Origin: Acidimicrobiia bacterium
Lineage (GTDB): Bacteria; Actinomycetota; Acidimicrobiia; IMCC26256; PALSA-555
DNA: 63,532 nt
Direction of reading: 5' to 3'
NCBI GenBank assembly: GCA_036521915.1
Contig: DATDGU010000175.1
Location: forward strand, 1 to 63,532
Below the pieces are notes generated by a model. That model was not told the DNA's origin and searched no databases. It worked only from the letters and a program-made list of their open reading frames with translations. Position 1 is the stretch's first letter, and each line of letters opens with the position of its first letter. Made by a program: the position numbers and the translations under genes. This document shows positions 18,304-28,128 of this stretch, piece after piece.

Positions 18304-18833
18304 GGGCGCCGAGCGTCACGGAGCCTGGCGCGATCGTCTTCACCGACATTGTCGGCTTTACTGAGTTCACGGCGGTACAGGGCGACAGCGAGGCCATCGC
18401 GCTCCTCGATCGCCAAGAGCAGATGGTCCGTGCTGCCCTCCCGTCAGGCGCCCGGATCGTGAAGGAGCTGGGGGACGGTCTGCTGCTCTGGCTTCCCGAG
18501 GCATGCCCGGCACTCGTCGCAGGACTCGACTTGCTGGATCGATTCGGCGAGGCGGCGCAGCCTTCCGCGTTGTGGGTACGCATCGGCATGCACTGGGGCT
18601 GTCCGACGCCCCGGGGCGATGACCTCGTCGGCCACGACGTGAATCTCGCGGCGAGGATCGTCGACGTCGCCGGCCCTGGCGAACTCCTGCTGTCGGCCAA
18701 CGTGCGGACGGCCGTCGACGCCGCCGGGTCGGAAGGCTTCCGTTTCGACGAGCTCGGTCCGGTGGTCATGCGCGGCATTCCCGAGCCCGTGCGGCTGTAC
18801 CGCGCCTCCCGATCGCCGTCTGCCGCGGCGTGA
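18300..18833 (+). CDS. minimal class III adenylate/guanylate cyclase catalytic domain protein
   Basis: 177 aa. Metal Asp motifs FTDIVGFT and KELGDGLL. Transition-state motif GHDVNLAARIV is intact. TTG start overlaps the upstream stop (18300-18303). Confidence 0.85.
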   Translation: MRAPSVTEPGAIVFTDIVGFTEFTAVQGDSEAIALLDRQEQMVRAALPSGARIVKELGDGLLLWLPEACPALVAGLDLLDRFGEAAQPSALWVRIGMHWGCPTPRGDDLVGHDVNLAARIVDVAGPGELLLSANVRTAVDAAGSEGFRFDELGPVVMRGIPEPVRLYRASRSPSAAA

Positions 18834-18864
18834 GCACGTCGTGGCGAACGGCGCGGACGCTGCC

Positions 18865-18891
18865 GACTCGCGGTCTACGGAACCGCAAGTC
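18865..18891. repeat. hairpin repeat copy
   Basis: GACTCGCGGTC-TACGG-AACCGCAAGTC. 32 nt after the small cyclase stop. Confidence 0.8.
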
Positions 18892-19061
18892 AACAAGCCT
18901 TGTGCGAACAGGCGGAGTAAGAAAGGCTGGCGGTCTGGAGGGCGGTGCGTGGAGCAACGCGACCTCGGGCGAGCCCGAGGTCCAGGAAGCGTTCCCGCCA
19001 GTCGACTTCGCCAGGCCGATCCAGATCAAGACCCGATGTTCTGACGAGAAGAGGTTCCGCG

Positions 19062-19214
19062 ATGGCGGATTCGGACAACGTCCAAGCTGCGCTCCTCGAC
19101 AAGATCGAGCAGGCTCTCAGCAAGGCGCAGACACCGGCGGCGTTGCTGGCGCTCGCCGAGGCCTTCGCCTGGGTCGCGGCACCCGCGCAACCCCACGGTG
19201 GCGGCAAGAACTGA
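19062..19214 (+). CDS. small hypothetical protein (50 aa)
   Basis: ATG at 19062 preceded by GAGG. Sequence MADSDNVQAALLDKIEQALSKAQTPAALLALAEAFAWVAAPAQPHGGGKN. Helical and plausible but unsupported by any motif. Confidence 0.3.
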   Translation: MADSDNVQAALLDKIEQALSKAQTPAALLALAEAFAWVAAPAQPHGGGKN

Positions 19215-19312
19215 TCCAAGCGCCTGCGACGAACGTGCCGCTGCCCGCACGTGGTCGTCGGTGACCGTGACCCCCCCGTCGGGGCGCATCTAGGCTCACC
19301 ACTCTGCATGAC

Positions 19313-21247
19313 GTGAGAAATCCGCACGTCGGCGAACCCTTCACCGACGACGACGCCGCCCTCGCCGCCGCGCTCGAAGACGTGTCGGTGGCCGTGCTGC
19401 TCTGCTCGATGGTGCACATGACGGGCGATCCGTCATGGGTCCGAGAGCGGGCACTCCCGAGCATCCCCAACGCGGCCGACCTGCACGGCGGCCTCGACGA
19501 CGAGCAGGTTGCCGACATCCGGCGACGGGCGGTGCCGGCCATCGCCGCCTACCGGGATGGCGGATGCGTCCCGCACGAGCTGTCCCGAGACGTCCTCGTC
19601 GAGATGATGGCGTTCCTCGCCGGCAAGCCGCTCGAGGGCGTCATGGTCCCGATGTTCGTCGAGGACATGCAGTTCGACGGCGCGGACAGCGGCGCGATCT
19701 CCTGGGGGGACGAGGTGTCGGACGACACGAAGGCGGCGTCACCGGTCGTCGTGATCGGGTGTGGCCTGTCCGGCATCCTCGCCGGGATCCGCCTGGCGCA
19801 GGCGGGCCTTCCCTTCGTGATCGTCGAGAAGGACGACGGTCCGGGTGGGACCTGGTGGGAGAACCGCTACCCAGGGGCGCGGGTCGACGTCGGAAGTCAC
19901 CACTACTGCTATGCGTTCGAGCCCTCGCACCACTGGACCGAGTACTTCTGCCAGCAACCAGAGCTGCGCGACTACTTCGTCCGGGTGCTCGACAAGTACG
20001 CGCTCCGCTCGCACTGCCGGTTCAGCACCGAAGTGACGTCCCTCACATGGGACGAGCCGACGAGCTCCTGGCATGTCGGCATTCGGAGCCCGGACTCGAC
20101 CACCGAGGTCCTCGAGGCGCGTTTCGTCATCAGCGCCGTCGGCTCGCTGAACATCCCGAGGCTGCCCGACCTCCCCGACATGGACTCCTTCGCCGGGCCG
20201 TCGTTCCACTCGGCGCGTTGGCCGGACGGACTCGACCTCACGGGCAAGCGCTTCGCGCTCGTCGGCGCCGGCGCGTCCGGCTTCCAGATTGCGCCGACCA
20301 TCGCGGACCAGGTCGAGGAGCTCACGATCTTCCAACGGACGACCCAGTGGATGCTGCCGAACCCGCTGTACCACGCGGCAGTGCCGCCGGGCGACCGGTG
20401 GGCGATGCAGCACCTCCCCTTCTACGCCCGCTGGTTCAGGTTTCTCATGCTCTATCCCGGTATCGCGATGGGGACCGAGTCGTACCGCGTCGATCCGGCC
20501 TTCCGCGCGAGCGACGGCATCGCAATCAACGCGCAGAACGAGATGCGACGCCAGCAGCTAACGGCATGGATCACGATGCACCTCAAGGACCGCCCTGACC
20601 TCATTGAGAAGTCGATCCCCGAATATCCGGCGATGGGAAAGCGGATACTCCAGGACAACGGCTCCTGGCTACGAACCCTCAAGAAGCCGAACGTCCAGCT
20701 TGAGCACATGCCGATCGAGCGGATCGTCCCCGAGGGTGTGGTCACCGTCGACGGCGTGCGTCACGAAGCCGACGTGATCTGCTACGCGACCGGGTTCCAG
20801 CACAACGACTTCCTCGCCTCGATGGACGTGAAGGGGCGAAACAGCGTGTCTCTGCGCGAGCAGTGGGGCGACGAGCCGACGGCGTACTTAGGGATCGCGA
20901 TCCCGAACTTCCCGAACCTGTTCTGCATGTACGGACCCGGCACCAACCTTGCGCACGGGGCGAGCCTGTTCTTCCATTCCGAATGCCAGATCCACTACGC
21001 GATCGACTGCATCCACCGGGTCCTCGCGTCCGGTGCACGGACGATCGAGATGTCCAAGGACGGGCACGATGAGTACGTCGAGCGGTACCGCCGCGAGATC
21101 GATCAGCTCGTGTGGTCACACCCTTCGATCGAACACAGCCACTACAAGAACCCCCAGGGCAAGATCTACACGCTGTCGCCGTGGCGGCTGGAGCTCTACT
21201 GGGAATGGACGCGTTCAGCCGACCTGAACCAGTACATCGTCAGTTGA
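19313..21247 (+). CDS. Baeyer-Villiger / flavin-containing monooxygenase
   Basis: FAD site VVVIGCGLSGILAG...GGTWWENRYPG, BVMO fingerprint FAGPSFHSARW, NADP site ALVGAGASGFQ. About 140-aa N-terminal extension. Confidence 0.9.
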   Translation: MRNPHVGEPFTDDDAALAAALEDVSVAVLLCSMVHMTGDPSWVRERALPSIPNAADLHGGLDDEQVADIRRRAVPAIAAYRDGGCVPHELSRDVLVEMMAFLAGKPLEGVMVPMFVEDMQFDGADSGAISWGDEVSDDTKAASPVVVIGCGLSGILAGIRLAQAGLPFVIVEKDDGPGGTWWENRYPGARVDVGSHHYCYAFEPSHHWTEYFCQQPELRDYFVRVLDKYALRSHCRFSTEVTSLTWDEPTSSWHVGIRSPDSTTEVLEARFVISAVGSLNIPRLPDLPDMDSFAGPSFHSARWPDGLDLTGKRFALVGAGASGFQIAPTIADQVEELTIFQRTTQWMLPNPLYHAAVPPGDRWAMQHLPFYARWFRFLMLYPGIAMGTESYRVDPAFRASDGIAINAQNEMRRQQLTAWITMHLKDRPDLIEKSIPEYPAMGKRILQDNGSWLRTLKKPNVQLEHMPIERIVPEGVVTVDGVRHEADVICYATGFQHNDFLASMDVKGRNSVSLREQWGDEPTAYLGIAIPNFPNLFCMYGPGTNLAHGASLFFHSECQIHYAIDCIHRVLASGARTIEMSKDGHDEYVERYRREIDQLVWSHPSIEHSHYKNPQGKIYTLSPWRLELYWEWTRSADLNQYIVS

Positions 21248-21369
21248 ACCGCCCATCGGACGGTCCGGAGCGTGTTGACCCAACAACCAGACAGTCCAGC
21301 GGCCGTCGCCCGAGCATCAGCTGCGACGAGGAGCGACGACGGAGCGCCGCTCCGACGACGCCAGCGGTC

Positions 21370-21657
21370 TCAGCCCACGATCTCGCTGGTCTGCAACACC
21401 GGCGTGATCGACGTGTAGTTCGCGACGTCCGCCAGCACATCGCCCGTTCCCGGCGCACTCATGGCCGCGGCCAGCGCCTCAGGCGACTCGAACACGAAAT
21501 GGACTGCGGCCACGTAGGGGCCGTCGACACCCCTGTCGATCTCCGCGCCGTCCAAGCTCCACGTTTTCACGGCGAGCGGGACGTGCTTGTCCCGGTAGTA
21601 GTCGTGGTCGAACGAGGCTCCCTCGGTCGAGGGGTAGAAGACGCTGAAGCGGATCAT
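21370..21657 (-). CDS. EthD family reductase
   Basis: 95 aa. MIRFSVFYPSTEGASFDHDYYRDKHVPL is typical of the TIGR02118/EthD family. Confidence 0.8.
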   Translation of the reverse strand: MIRFSVFYPSTEGASFDHDYYRDKHVPLAVKTWSLDGAEIDRGVDGPYVAAVHFVFESPEALAAAMSAPGTGDVLADVANYTSITPVLQTSEIVG

Positions 21658-21733
21658 GGTTGGGTGGTCCTCTCATACCGTTGGCGAAGGCTCCAAGTAA
21701 TGCCTAGCGCATACGGACTGCTGAGCGCCCGCG

Positions 21734-22717
21734 ATGCCACAGGTTGACCTGGTACTCGAAGGGGGTGGTGTCAAGGGCCTCGGGTTGGTCGGCGCGATCG
21801 CGGTCCTCGAGGAGCACGGGTTCTCGTTCGCGCACGTGGCGGGAACCTCCGCGGGCGCGATCGTCGGCGCGCTCGTCGCCGCCGGCATCCGTGCGGACGC
21901 CTTGCGGGAGATGCTGCGGACCGTCGACTGGACACGGTTTCGTGACGGCGGCTGGCTGGATCACCTGGGTGTACCGGGCAAGACGATCTCCGCGCTCGCG
22001 TCCCAGGGGATCTACTCCGGCGAGTACCTCACCACCTGGCTCGGTGGGCTGCTCGCCGATCACGGCATCGTGCACTTCGCCGACCTCCGCACGAACGAGG
22101 CCGACAGCTCATTGCCACCACACCACTGGTACCGGTTGGTGGTGATGACCTCCGACGTCTCCCAGGGAGAGCTGCGTCGCCTGCCGTGGGACTACCCGCG
22201 CTACGGGCTCGAGCCCGACCAGGTGCGAGTCGTGGACGCCGTGCGGGCGAGCATGGCGATCCCGTTCTTCTATGCGCCGGTGAAGCTCGACGACAAGATC
22301 GCCGGAACCCAGTCGTGGCTCGTCGACGGTGGCCTGCTGTCGAACTTCCCCATCGACGTCTTCGATCGCTCGGACGGCCAGTCTCCCCGGTGGCCCACGG
22401 TCGGGATCAAGCTCTCAGCGCGACCGGGCTCTCTCCACGGTGTGCGAAACGAGGTCGCAGGGACGGCGAGCCTGACCCGAGCGATGCTCCTGACCATGAT
22501 GGGTTCGCACGACCAGCTCGTGCTCGATGATCCCGCGGTCCTGGCCCGAACCATCTCGGTCGACACGATGAAGGTCCGCGCGACCGACTTCGACATCGAC
22601 AGCGCCACCCAGGAACAGCTCTACGAGAACGGTCGGAAGGCAGCGACCGAGTTCCTCGCCACCGCCGCCGCCCCAGTCGGTTCGGGCGACGGACCGGAGG
22701 CCCCGCCCCGGGCGTGA
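21734..22717 (+). CDS. patatin-like phospholipase
   Basis: Oxyanion GGGVKG, nucleophile elbow GTSAG and catalytic DGG (LVDGGLLSNFP). Confidence 0.9.
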   Translation: MPQVDLVLEGGGVKGLGLVGAIAVLEEHGFSFAHVAGTSAGAIVGALVAAGIRADALREMLRTVDWTRFRDGGWLDHLGVPGKTISALASQGIYSGEYLTTWLGGLLADHGIVHFADLRTNEADSSLPPHHWYRLVVMTSDVSQGELRRLPWDYPRYGLEPDQVRVVDAVRASMAIPFFYAPVKLDDKIAGTQSWLVDGGLLSNFPIDVFDRSDGQSPRWPTVGIKLSARPGSLHGVRNEVAGTASLTRAMLLTMMGSHDQLVLDDPAVLARTISVDTMKVRATDFDIDSATQEQLYENGRKAATEFLATAAAPVGSGDGPEAPPRA

Positions 22718-22789
22718 CCCGGATACAACGAGCGGACCCTGCTCGGACCGGCTCGCTCGACGCCTCCGATCGACGACGCCCGCCTGGCC

Positions 22790-23818
22790 TCACCGACCAA
22801 GGTCGGTGATGACGGCGCGTCCCGGGTACGTGCCCGACTGCAACTCCGCGAAGATGTCGTCGAGGTCGGAGAGTGAACCGGTGCGCGACACATGGCTCTT
22901 CACCTTGCCCGCAGCCGCGAGATCAACCAGCTCTCGCATGTCCTGCACCGTGCCCACCGCCGAGTAGATGATCGTCGCGTCGCGAACGAACAGCTCAAAC
23001 GGGTTGAACTGCAGGTTGCCCTCGCTCGTCGCGGGGAGGCCGACCGCGACGAAGAGGCCTCGCTTGCGCAGCAGCTTGAAGCCAAGATCGAAGCCAGCCA
23101 TCTTGGAGGCGAACACGAGACTGGCGGCCGCGCCACCAAGCTGGCGTGTGACCACGTCGCGCGCCTCGTCCGCGCCCACCGCCATCTCTGCGCCGAGCGA
23201 CCGCACAAACTCGAGACGCTCCTCGCCGACATCGACGCCCACGACGCGGTACCCGAACGCCTGCGCGAGCTGCACGGCGTAGTGCCCGAGGCCACCGGCG
23301 GCGCCGATGACGGCCACCCACTGGCCGGGGCGCACCCGGTAGTCCATCAGCTTCTTCACCGCCCCGTACGCGGTGAGCCCGCCGCACGCCAGCGGCGCCT
23401 CCTCATCGGAGATGCTGTCGGGGATCGTCACCAGCCCCGGCGCGTAGGCCGCGAACATCTCGGCAAAGAGGCCCGTCACTCCTTTGGACTGGGCGCAGTG
23501 CCGCGGGTGGCCCGAGAGGCAGTACTCGCAGGCTCCGCACCAGTAGCCGCCGCCGGTGCCGCCGAGCCCGAGGATGACGCGATCGCCCACACTGACGAAG
23601 CGGTCGGCGCCGGGACCGAGCGCCTCGACGACGCCGATCCCCTCGTGGCCGAGCTGGATCGTTCGACCCACGCCGGCCCAGTCGCCCATGCGCATGTGGA
23701 GGTCGGAATGGCACACGCCCGCCGCCGAGATCCGCACGAGTGCGTGATCCACCTCCGGCTCCGGTATCGGTTCGTCGCGGATGCGGAGGTCGCCCTCCAC
23801 GAGTCGTGCTGCCCTCAT
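22790..23818 (-). CDS. zinc-dependent alcohol dehydrogenase
   Basis: Start MRAARLVEG at 23818 inside ORF 22790..23929. Zn ligands GVCHSDLH and GHEGIGVV, structural Zn CGACEYCLSGHPRHC, Rossmann VIGAAGGLG. Confidence 0.9.
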   Translation of the reverse strand: MRAARLVEGDLRIRDEPIPEPEVDHALVRISAAGVCHSDLHMRMGDWAGVGRTIQLGHEGIGVVEALGPGADRFVSVGDRVILGLGGTGGGYWCGACEYCLSGHPRHCAQSKGVTGLFAEMFAAYAPGLVTIPDSISDEEAPLACGGLTAYGAVKKLMDYRVRPGQWVAVIGAAGGLGHYAVQLAQAFGYRVVGVDVGEERLEFVRSLGAEMAVGADEARDVVTRQLGGAAASLVFASKMAGFDLGFKLLRKRGLFVAVGLPATSEGNLQFNPFELFVRDATIIYSAVGTVQDMRELVDLAAAGKVKSHVSRTGSLSDLDDIFAELQSGTYPGRAVITDLGR

Positions 23819-23991
23819 CCGTGGCTCCTCGCGTCGTGTGCTCGGTCGACGACGGATGGTGCCACAGGTCGTTCGTTGACCTCCGCGACGAGCCAGCGCT
23901 CGCTTGTCCCGGAGCCGTAGGGGCCCCACCCAGTCCGACTTCCACTGCTTCGGCCTCGGCCTGCGGTGTGACCGGATGGACCCGATCGCGT

Positions 23992-24018
23992 GACTCGCGG
24001 TCTGCGGGATCGCGAGTC
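23992..24018. repeat. hairpin repeat copy
   Basis: GACTCGCGGTC-TGCGG-GATCGCGAGTC (stem extends to GTGACTC...GAGTCAC). In the divergent ADH/gntK region. Confidence 0.9.
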
Positions 24019-24099
24019 ACCGACGCAATCGATGCTCACGGCCGATACGCTCCGTGCCCGTCCGAAGTCTTCTGCGAGGGACCACCGCGAGGTAGGTCA

Positions 24100-24588
24100 T
24101 TGCAAGGACCAATCGTCGTCGTCATGGGTGTGGCCGGCGCTGGCAAGTCGACGATTGGCCGCCGGCTCGCGTCGGTCCTCGCGGTGCCCTTCGTCGAGGG
24201 CGACGAACTCCACGATGCCTCGGCGGTGAGACGGATGGCCGCCGGCCAGCCGCTCAACGACGACGACCGACGTCCGTGGCTGCACCGGCTCAACGAAGCG
24301 CTGCGCGCCGACGCTGGGACGGGATGCGTGCTCGCGTGCTCTGCCCTGCGGAGGTCGTATCGGGAGCAGCTGTCGGAGGGCTTGGATTCGGTCGTCTTCC
24401 TCGCCCTCGTCGCCCCGCCGGGCGTGCTCGAGTCGCGACTGACGAAGCGGCGAGGGCACTTCGCAGAGCCGCAGCTGCTTCCCTCACAGCTCGCAACCTT
24501 GGAGCTCGGCGATGACGTGCTCTCGATTGACGCGAACCGACCCATCGATGACGTCGTCGAGGATGCTGCACGAGGGCTGGCGCACTAG
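24100..24588 (+). CDS. gntK: gluconokinase
   Basis: VVVMGVAGAGKSTIGRRLA...FVEGDELHDASAVRRMAAGQPLNDDDRRPWL matches the GntK pattern. TTG at 24100 preceded by GAGGTAGG (alternative ATG at 24124). Confidence 0.85.
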   Translation: MQGPIVVVMGVAGAGKSTIGRRLASVLAVPFVEGDELHDASAVRRMAAGQPLNDDDRRPWLHRLNEALRADAGTGCVLACSALRRSYREQLSEGLDSVVFLALVAPPGVLESRLTKRRGHFAEPQLLPSQLATLELGDDVLSIDANRPIDDVVEDAARGLAH

Positions 24589-24752
24589 GCGGACGGCCGT
24601 GCTCTCGGATGCGGATCCTCTCGCTCGCCCGTGACCCCGGCACTACGCTCGGACCCGGTCCGCGTCTTTGGAGGCTGTCCGACGACCATCGCACCGACCA
24701 CGAACCCGCTGGTGGGGACGGTCCGCCCGGCGGCGATCGAATCGACGCGGCC

Positions 24753-26243
24753 ATGACGTGGGGCACGGCGCGGGGATACCGAGCCGCGATCCGCCACCGG
24801 TTGCGGCGAGGCCGAGGTCCCGCCGATGAGGCACCACATCGGGTGGTGGTTGTCGGTGGCGGATTTGGGGGTCTCCCCGCCTGCCGTTTCCTCTCGCGAC
24901 TGCCCGTAGACGTCACACTGCTCGACCGGCGCACGCACCACCTCTTCCAACCGCTGCTCTACCAGGTCGCCACCGGCATCCTCTCGACCGGCCAGGTCGC
25001 TCCCCAGCTCCGCCATGTGCTGCGTGGCCACGACAACGTCCGCGTCGAGCTCGCCGAGGTGACGGGTTTCGACCTCGCCGCGCACCGGGTGCAGATCCAG
25101 CGAGGTCCCTTCGGCGCGGCGGACGTGCCATACGACAGTCTGATCGTGGCCGCGGGCGTCTCGCAGTCCTACTTCGGTCATGACGAGCTCGCCCTCTTCG
25201 CCCCCGGCATGAAGACGATCGATGACGCGCTGGAGCTGCGGCGGAGGATCTTCGGGGCCTTCGAGATGGCCGAAACGGCTGCCGACCCGGTCGAACAGCA
25301 GCAGTGGTTAACCGTCGTCGTCGTCGGCGCTGGTCCCACCGGGGTCGAGCTCGCCGGCCAGATCAGAGAGCTGGCGACCCGGAGCCTGCGTCGCGAGTTT
25401 CGGACCTTTGACCCAGCGTCGGTGCGAGTGCTCCTGATGGACGGTGGCGACGAGCCGCTCGCGACCTTCGGTGACGACCTATCCGGGAAGGCGGCGCGCC
25501 AACTCGAAGCCCTCGACGTGGAGCTGAGGATGGGCGCCCGGGTGACCGACATCGACAGCTTCGGTGTCGAGGTCAAGACCCAGACTGGCACCGAGCGGAT
25601 CGCCGCCCGCACCGTGGTGTGGGCGGCGGGCGTGCAAGCGTCCCCGCTGGCGGCGCAGCTCGCCGAGGCGGCAGGCGCGGACGTCGATCGAGCCGGTCGC
25701 CTCGAAGTTCTCCCCGACTTGACGCTGCCCGGGCACCCCGAGGTCTTCGCCGTGGGCGACATGGTCACGCTGAACCACCTGCCGGGCGTCGCCGAGGTGG
25801 CGATGCAGGGCAGCCTCCACGCCGCGAACACGATCGCTCGCCGGCTGCGCGGTGACGCCGAGGCGAAGCCCTTCAAGTACCGCGACCTCGGGAGTGTGGC
25901 CACGATCGGCCGATTCCGAGCGATCGTCAGCTTTCGTCGCGTTCGTCTCAGTGGGTTCCCCGCCTGGGTCGTCTGGCTGTTCGTGCACATCGCGTTCCTC
26001 AACGGATTCGCCAACCGGTTCTCCACGCTATGGACGTGGTTCCGATCCATGATCGGGCGATCCCGTCCCGAACGGGCCTTCAGCGTCGCCCACACCGGTG
26101 GTGATCTGAGTTCTCCAGAGGCAGTCCGCTCCTCGGTCGCGACGCGGTTCCCCGCGTTGGAGCACGCACGACAAGCGGCTGACGCTTCCAAGACGACAGG
26201 CAACCCGGCCCACGAATCGGCGGCGGCAGCCGACGAGTCCTGA
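24753..26243 (+). CDS. ndh: type II NADH dehydrogenase (NDH-2)
   Basis: HRVVVVGGGFGGL...LLDRRTHHLFQPLLYQVATG, second Rossmann VVVGAGPTGVELAG. Start uncertain (ATG 24753 or GTG 24843). Confidence 0.85.
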   Translation: MTWGTARGYRAAIRHRLRRGRGPADEAPHRVVVVGGGFGGLPACRFLSRLPVDVTLLDRRTHHLFQPLLYQVATGILSTGQVAPQLRHVLRGHDNVRVELAEVTGFDLAAHRVQIQRGPFGAADVPYDSLIVAAGVSQSYFGHDELALFAPGMKTIDDALELRRRIFGAFEMAETAADPVEQQQWLTVVVVGAGPTGVELAGQIRELATRSLRREFRTFDPASVRVLLMDGGDEPLATFGDDLSGKAARQLEALDVELRMGARVTDIDSFGVEVKTQTGTERIAARTVVWAAGVQASPLAAQLAEAAGADVDRAGRLEVLPDLTLPGHPEVFAVGDMVTLNHLPGVAEVAMQGSLHAANTIARRLRGDAEAKPFKYRDLGSVATIGRFRAIVSFRRVRLSGFPAWVVWLFVHIAFLNGFANRFSTLWTWFRSMIGRSRPERAFSVAHTGGDLSSPEAVRSSVATRFPALEHARQAADASKTTGNPAHESAAAADES

Positions 26244-26348
26244 TCCCGAGCGCATGACCGCCAAGGGACAGGAGCGCACACAGCCCGTCGGGCGCGCACG
26301 CCGTCGCCGCTCGAGGGCATCCCGAGGCCGCTGAGTACGCTCGCCACG

Positions 26349-27272
26349 ATGTCTGCGACGGTCGCCGAAGGCCGCTTTCGCGGCGAGGCCGCGATCACGC
26401 TAACCGCTGGACATCTCGTGGCGACGTTCCTGCCGGAGCTCGGGATGACCGGCGTGTCACTGCGCTACCGCAACCAAGAGCATCTCGCGCTGCCGGGTGG
26501 GCTCGCGGCGCTACGGGGCGGCGCGACGCTGGGTTTGCCGCTCCTCGCGCCGTGGGCGAACCGGCTCGCCCGCCGCCGCTACCGGGCCGCGGGCGTCGCG
26601 GTCAGCCTGACGGGGCTCCGGCTGAACACCGACGAGCACGGCTTGCCCATCCATGGCCTGCTGGTCGGCCAGCCGGGCTGGCGGCTCACCCGCACCGAGG
26701 TGCGCGGCGACGCCGCGCACCTCGGTGCCTCGATCGACGTGGACTCGCCCGCCTTCCCGTTCCCGCACCGCATCGAGCTGGCGATCCGCGCGCGTGACGG
26801 GCAGCTCCGGGTTGACACGACCGTGGTGCCGACGGGTCGTCGGCGCGTCCCGGTGGCGTTCGGCTGGCACCCTTACCTCCAGCTGCCGTCCACCCCGCGG
26901 GGCCGGTGGAGGCTCCATCTGCCGACGCGCCAGCACCTCGAGCTGGACACGCTCGGGATCCCGACGGGCGCGTCGTCCCCCGAGCCGGCGGAGGCAGGGG
27001 CGGTCGGCCGGCGGACCCTCGACGACCTCTACGCCCTCGGACGGAATCGACGCCTCTCCCTGCGGGCGGATGACGGCGCCGCGATCGAGCTGTGGTGCGC
27101 CACGAACTACCCGTACGCCCAGGTGTGGGTGCCTCCCGGTCGCACCTTCGCTGCGTTGGAGCCGATGACCGCACCCACCAACGCGCTCGAGGTCGGCACG
27201 ACCCCGCTCGTCCCGCGTGGCGGGGCATACACGACCCGGTTCGCGCTCACCGTCTCGGCGGCCGGTTCCTGA
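26349..27272 (+). CDS. aldose 1-epimerase family protein
   Basis: 307 aa. LLAPWANRL...DEHGLPIHGLL...FGWHPYLQLP motifs of the mutarotase family. Confidence 0.8.
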   Translation: MSATVAEGRFRGEAAITLTAGHLVATFLPELGMTGVSLRYRNQEHLALPGGLAALRGGATLGLPLLAPWANRLARRRYRAAGVAVSLTGLRLNTDEHGLPIHGLLVGQPGWRLTRTEVRGDAAHLGASIDVDSPAFPFPHRIELAIRARDGQLRVDTTVVPTGRRRVPVAFGWHPYLQLPSTPRGRWRLHLPTRQHLELDTLGIPTGASSPEPAEAGAVGRRTLDDLYALGRNRRLSLRADDGAAIELWCATNYPYAQVWVPPGRTFAALEPMTAPTNALEVGTTPLVPRGGAYTTRFALTVSAAGS

Positions 27273-27324
27273 GGCGCGGCCCGGCCGGGTGGCGGGCCTC
27301 GGCGATGCGTGAGGCGCGGGTCGG

Positions 27325-28092
27325 CTACAGGCCGGGGCTCGTGTGCATGAGGCCACCGTCGACGAAGATCGTCGCCCCCGTGAGGTAGCTGGCGCCACTG
27401 CCCGCGAGGAACGCGACGACGTCCGCGATCTCGTCGGGTCTGGCCATCCGCCCGAGCGGGATCGCGTGGTCGAGGACTTCGAGCTTGCCCGGGTCTTGCA
27501 TCGTCGAGACGTTGATGGGCGTCTCCACCGCGCCCGGCCCCACACCGATGACCTGGACGCCCTGCGGGCCGAGCTCGACTCCGGCGGTCCGCGTCAGCAT
27601 GCGCATCCCGCCCTTGGACAGGCAGTACGGAGCGTTGCCCGGCATCGGCCAGTCCTCGTGCACCGAGCTGAGGTTGATGACTCGGCCGCCATCGCCCTGG
27701 GCGATCATCTGCTTCGCGGCCAGCTGGGTGCCGAAGAAGGCGCTCTTCAAGTTGATGTCCATGACCTTGTCGTACTGCGCCTCGGTCGTGTCGAGGGTCG
27801 AGGTGCGGGTCTCAACGCCGGCGTTGTTGACCATGACGTCCAAGCGTCCGAACTTCTCGACGGCGGTGTCGATCAGTCGCTGTAGGTCGGCCACCTTGCT
27901 CACATCAGCCTTCACACCGATCGCCTGCTCACCGAGCGCCGCGAGCTTGGCCTCGAGCTCCGCGGTGGCGTCGGGCTGGGCCACATAGTCGATGACCACG
28001 TTGGCACCCTGGTGCGCGAGCGCGATGACGATGGACTTGCCGATACCCGTGTTGCCGCCGGTGACGATGGCGACCTTGTCCTTGAGGCTCAT
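27325..28092 (-). CDS. SDR-family glucose 1-dehydrogenase
   Basis: KVAIVTGGNTGIGKS cofactor motif, NNAG, and catalytic Y..K (PYCLSKGG). Overall resembles glucose 1-dehydrogenase. Confidence 0.9.
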   Translation of the reverse strand: MSLKDKVAIVTGGNTGIGKSIVIALAHQGANVVIDYVAQPDATAELEAKLAALGEQAIGVKADVSKVADLQRLIDTAVEKFGRLDVMVNNAGVETRTSTLDTTEAQYDKVMDINLKSAFFGTQLAAKQMIAQGDGGRVINLSSVHEDWPMPGNAPYCLSKGGMRMLTRTAGVELGPQGVQVIGVGPGAVETPINVSTMQDPGKLEVLDHAIPLGRMARPDEIADVVAFLAGSGASYLTGATIFVDGGLMHTSPGL

Positions 28093-28128
28093 GAACGACT
28101 CCTTGTCGGCGGGCGCGCTTCGGACACG

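Noticed and set aside
18300-18833. Small class III cyclase as a Pycsar PycC-type defence cyclase
   Set aside because: Its only coupled neighbour is a DUF4097 protein. There is no adjacent cNMP-binding/TM or TIR effector. The flanking genes are housekeeping-like with normal composition.
21734-22717. Patatin-like phospholipase as a CBASS-type effector
   Set aside because: There is no CD-NTase/SMODS, SAVED or other signalling gene nearby. Its neighbours are EthD, a BVMO and an alcohol dehydrogenase. It is most simply a stand-alone lipase.
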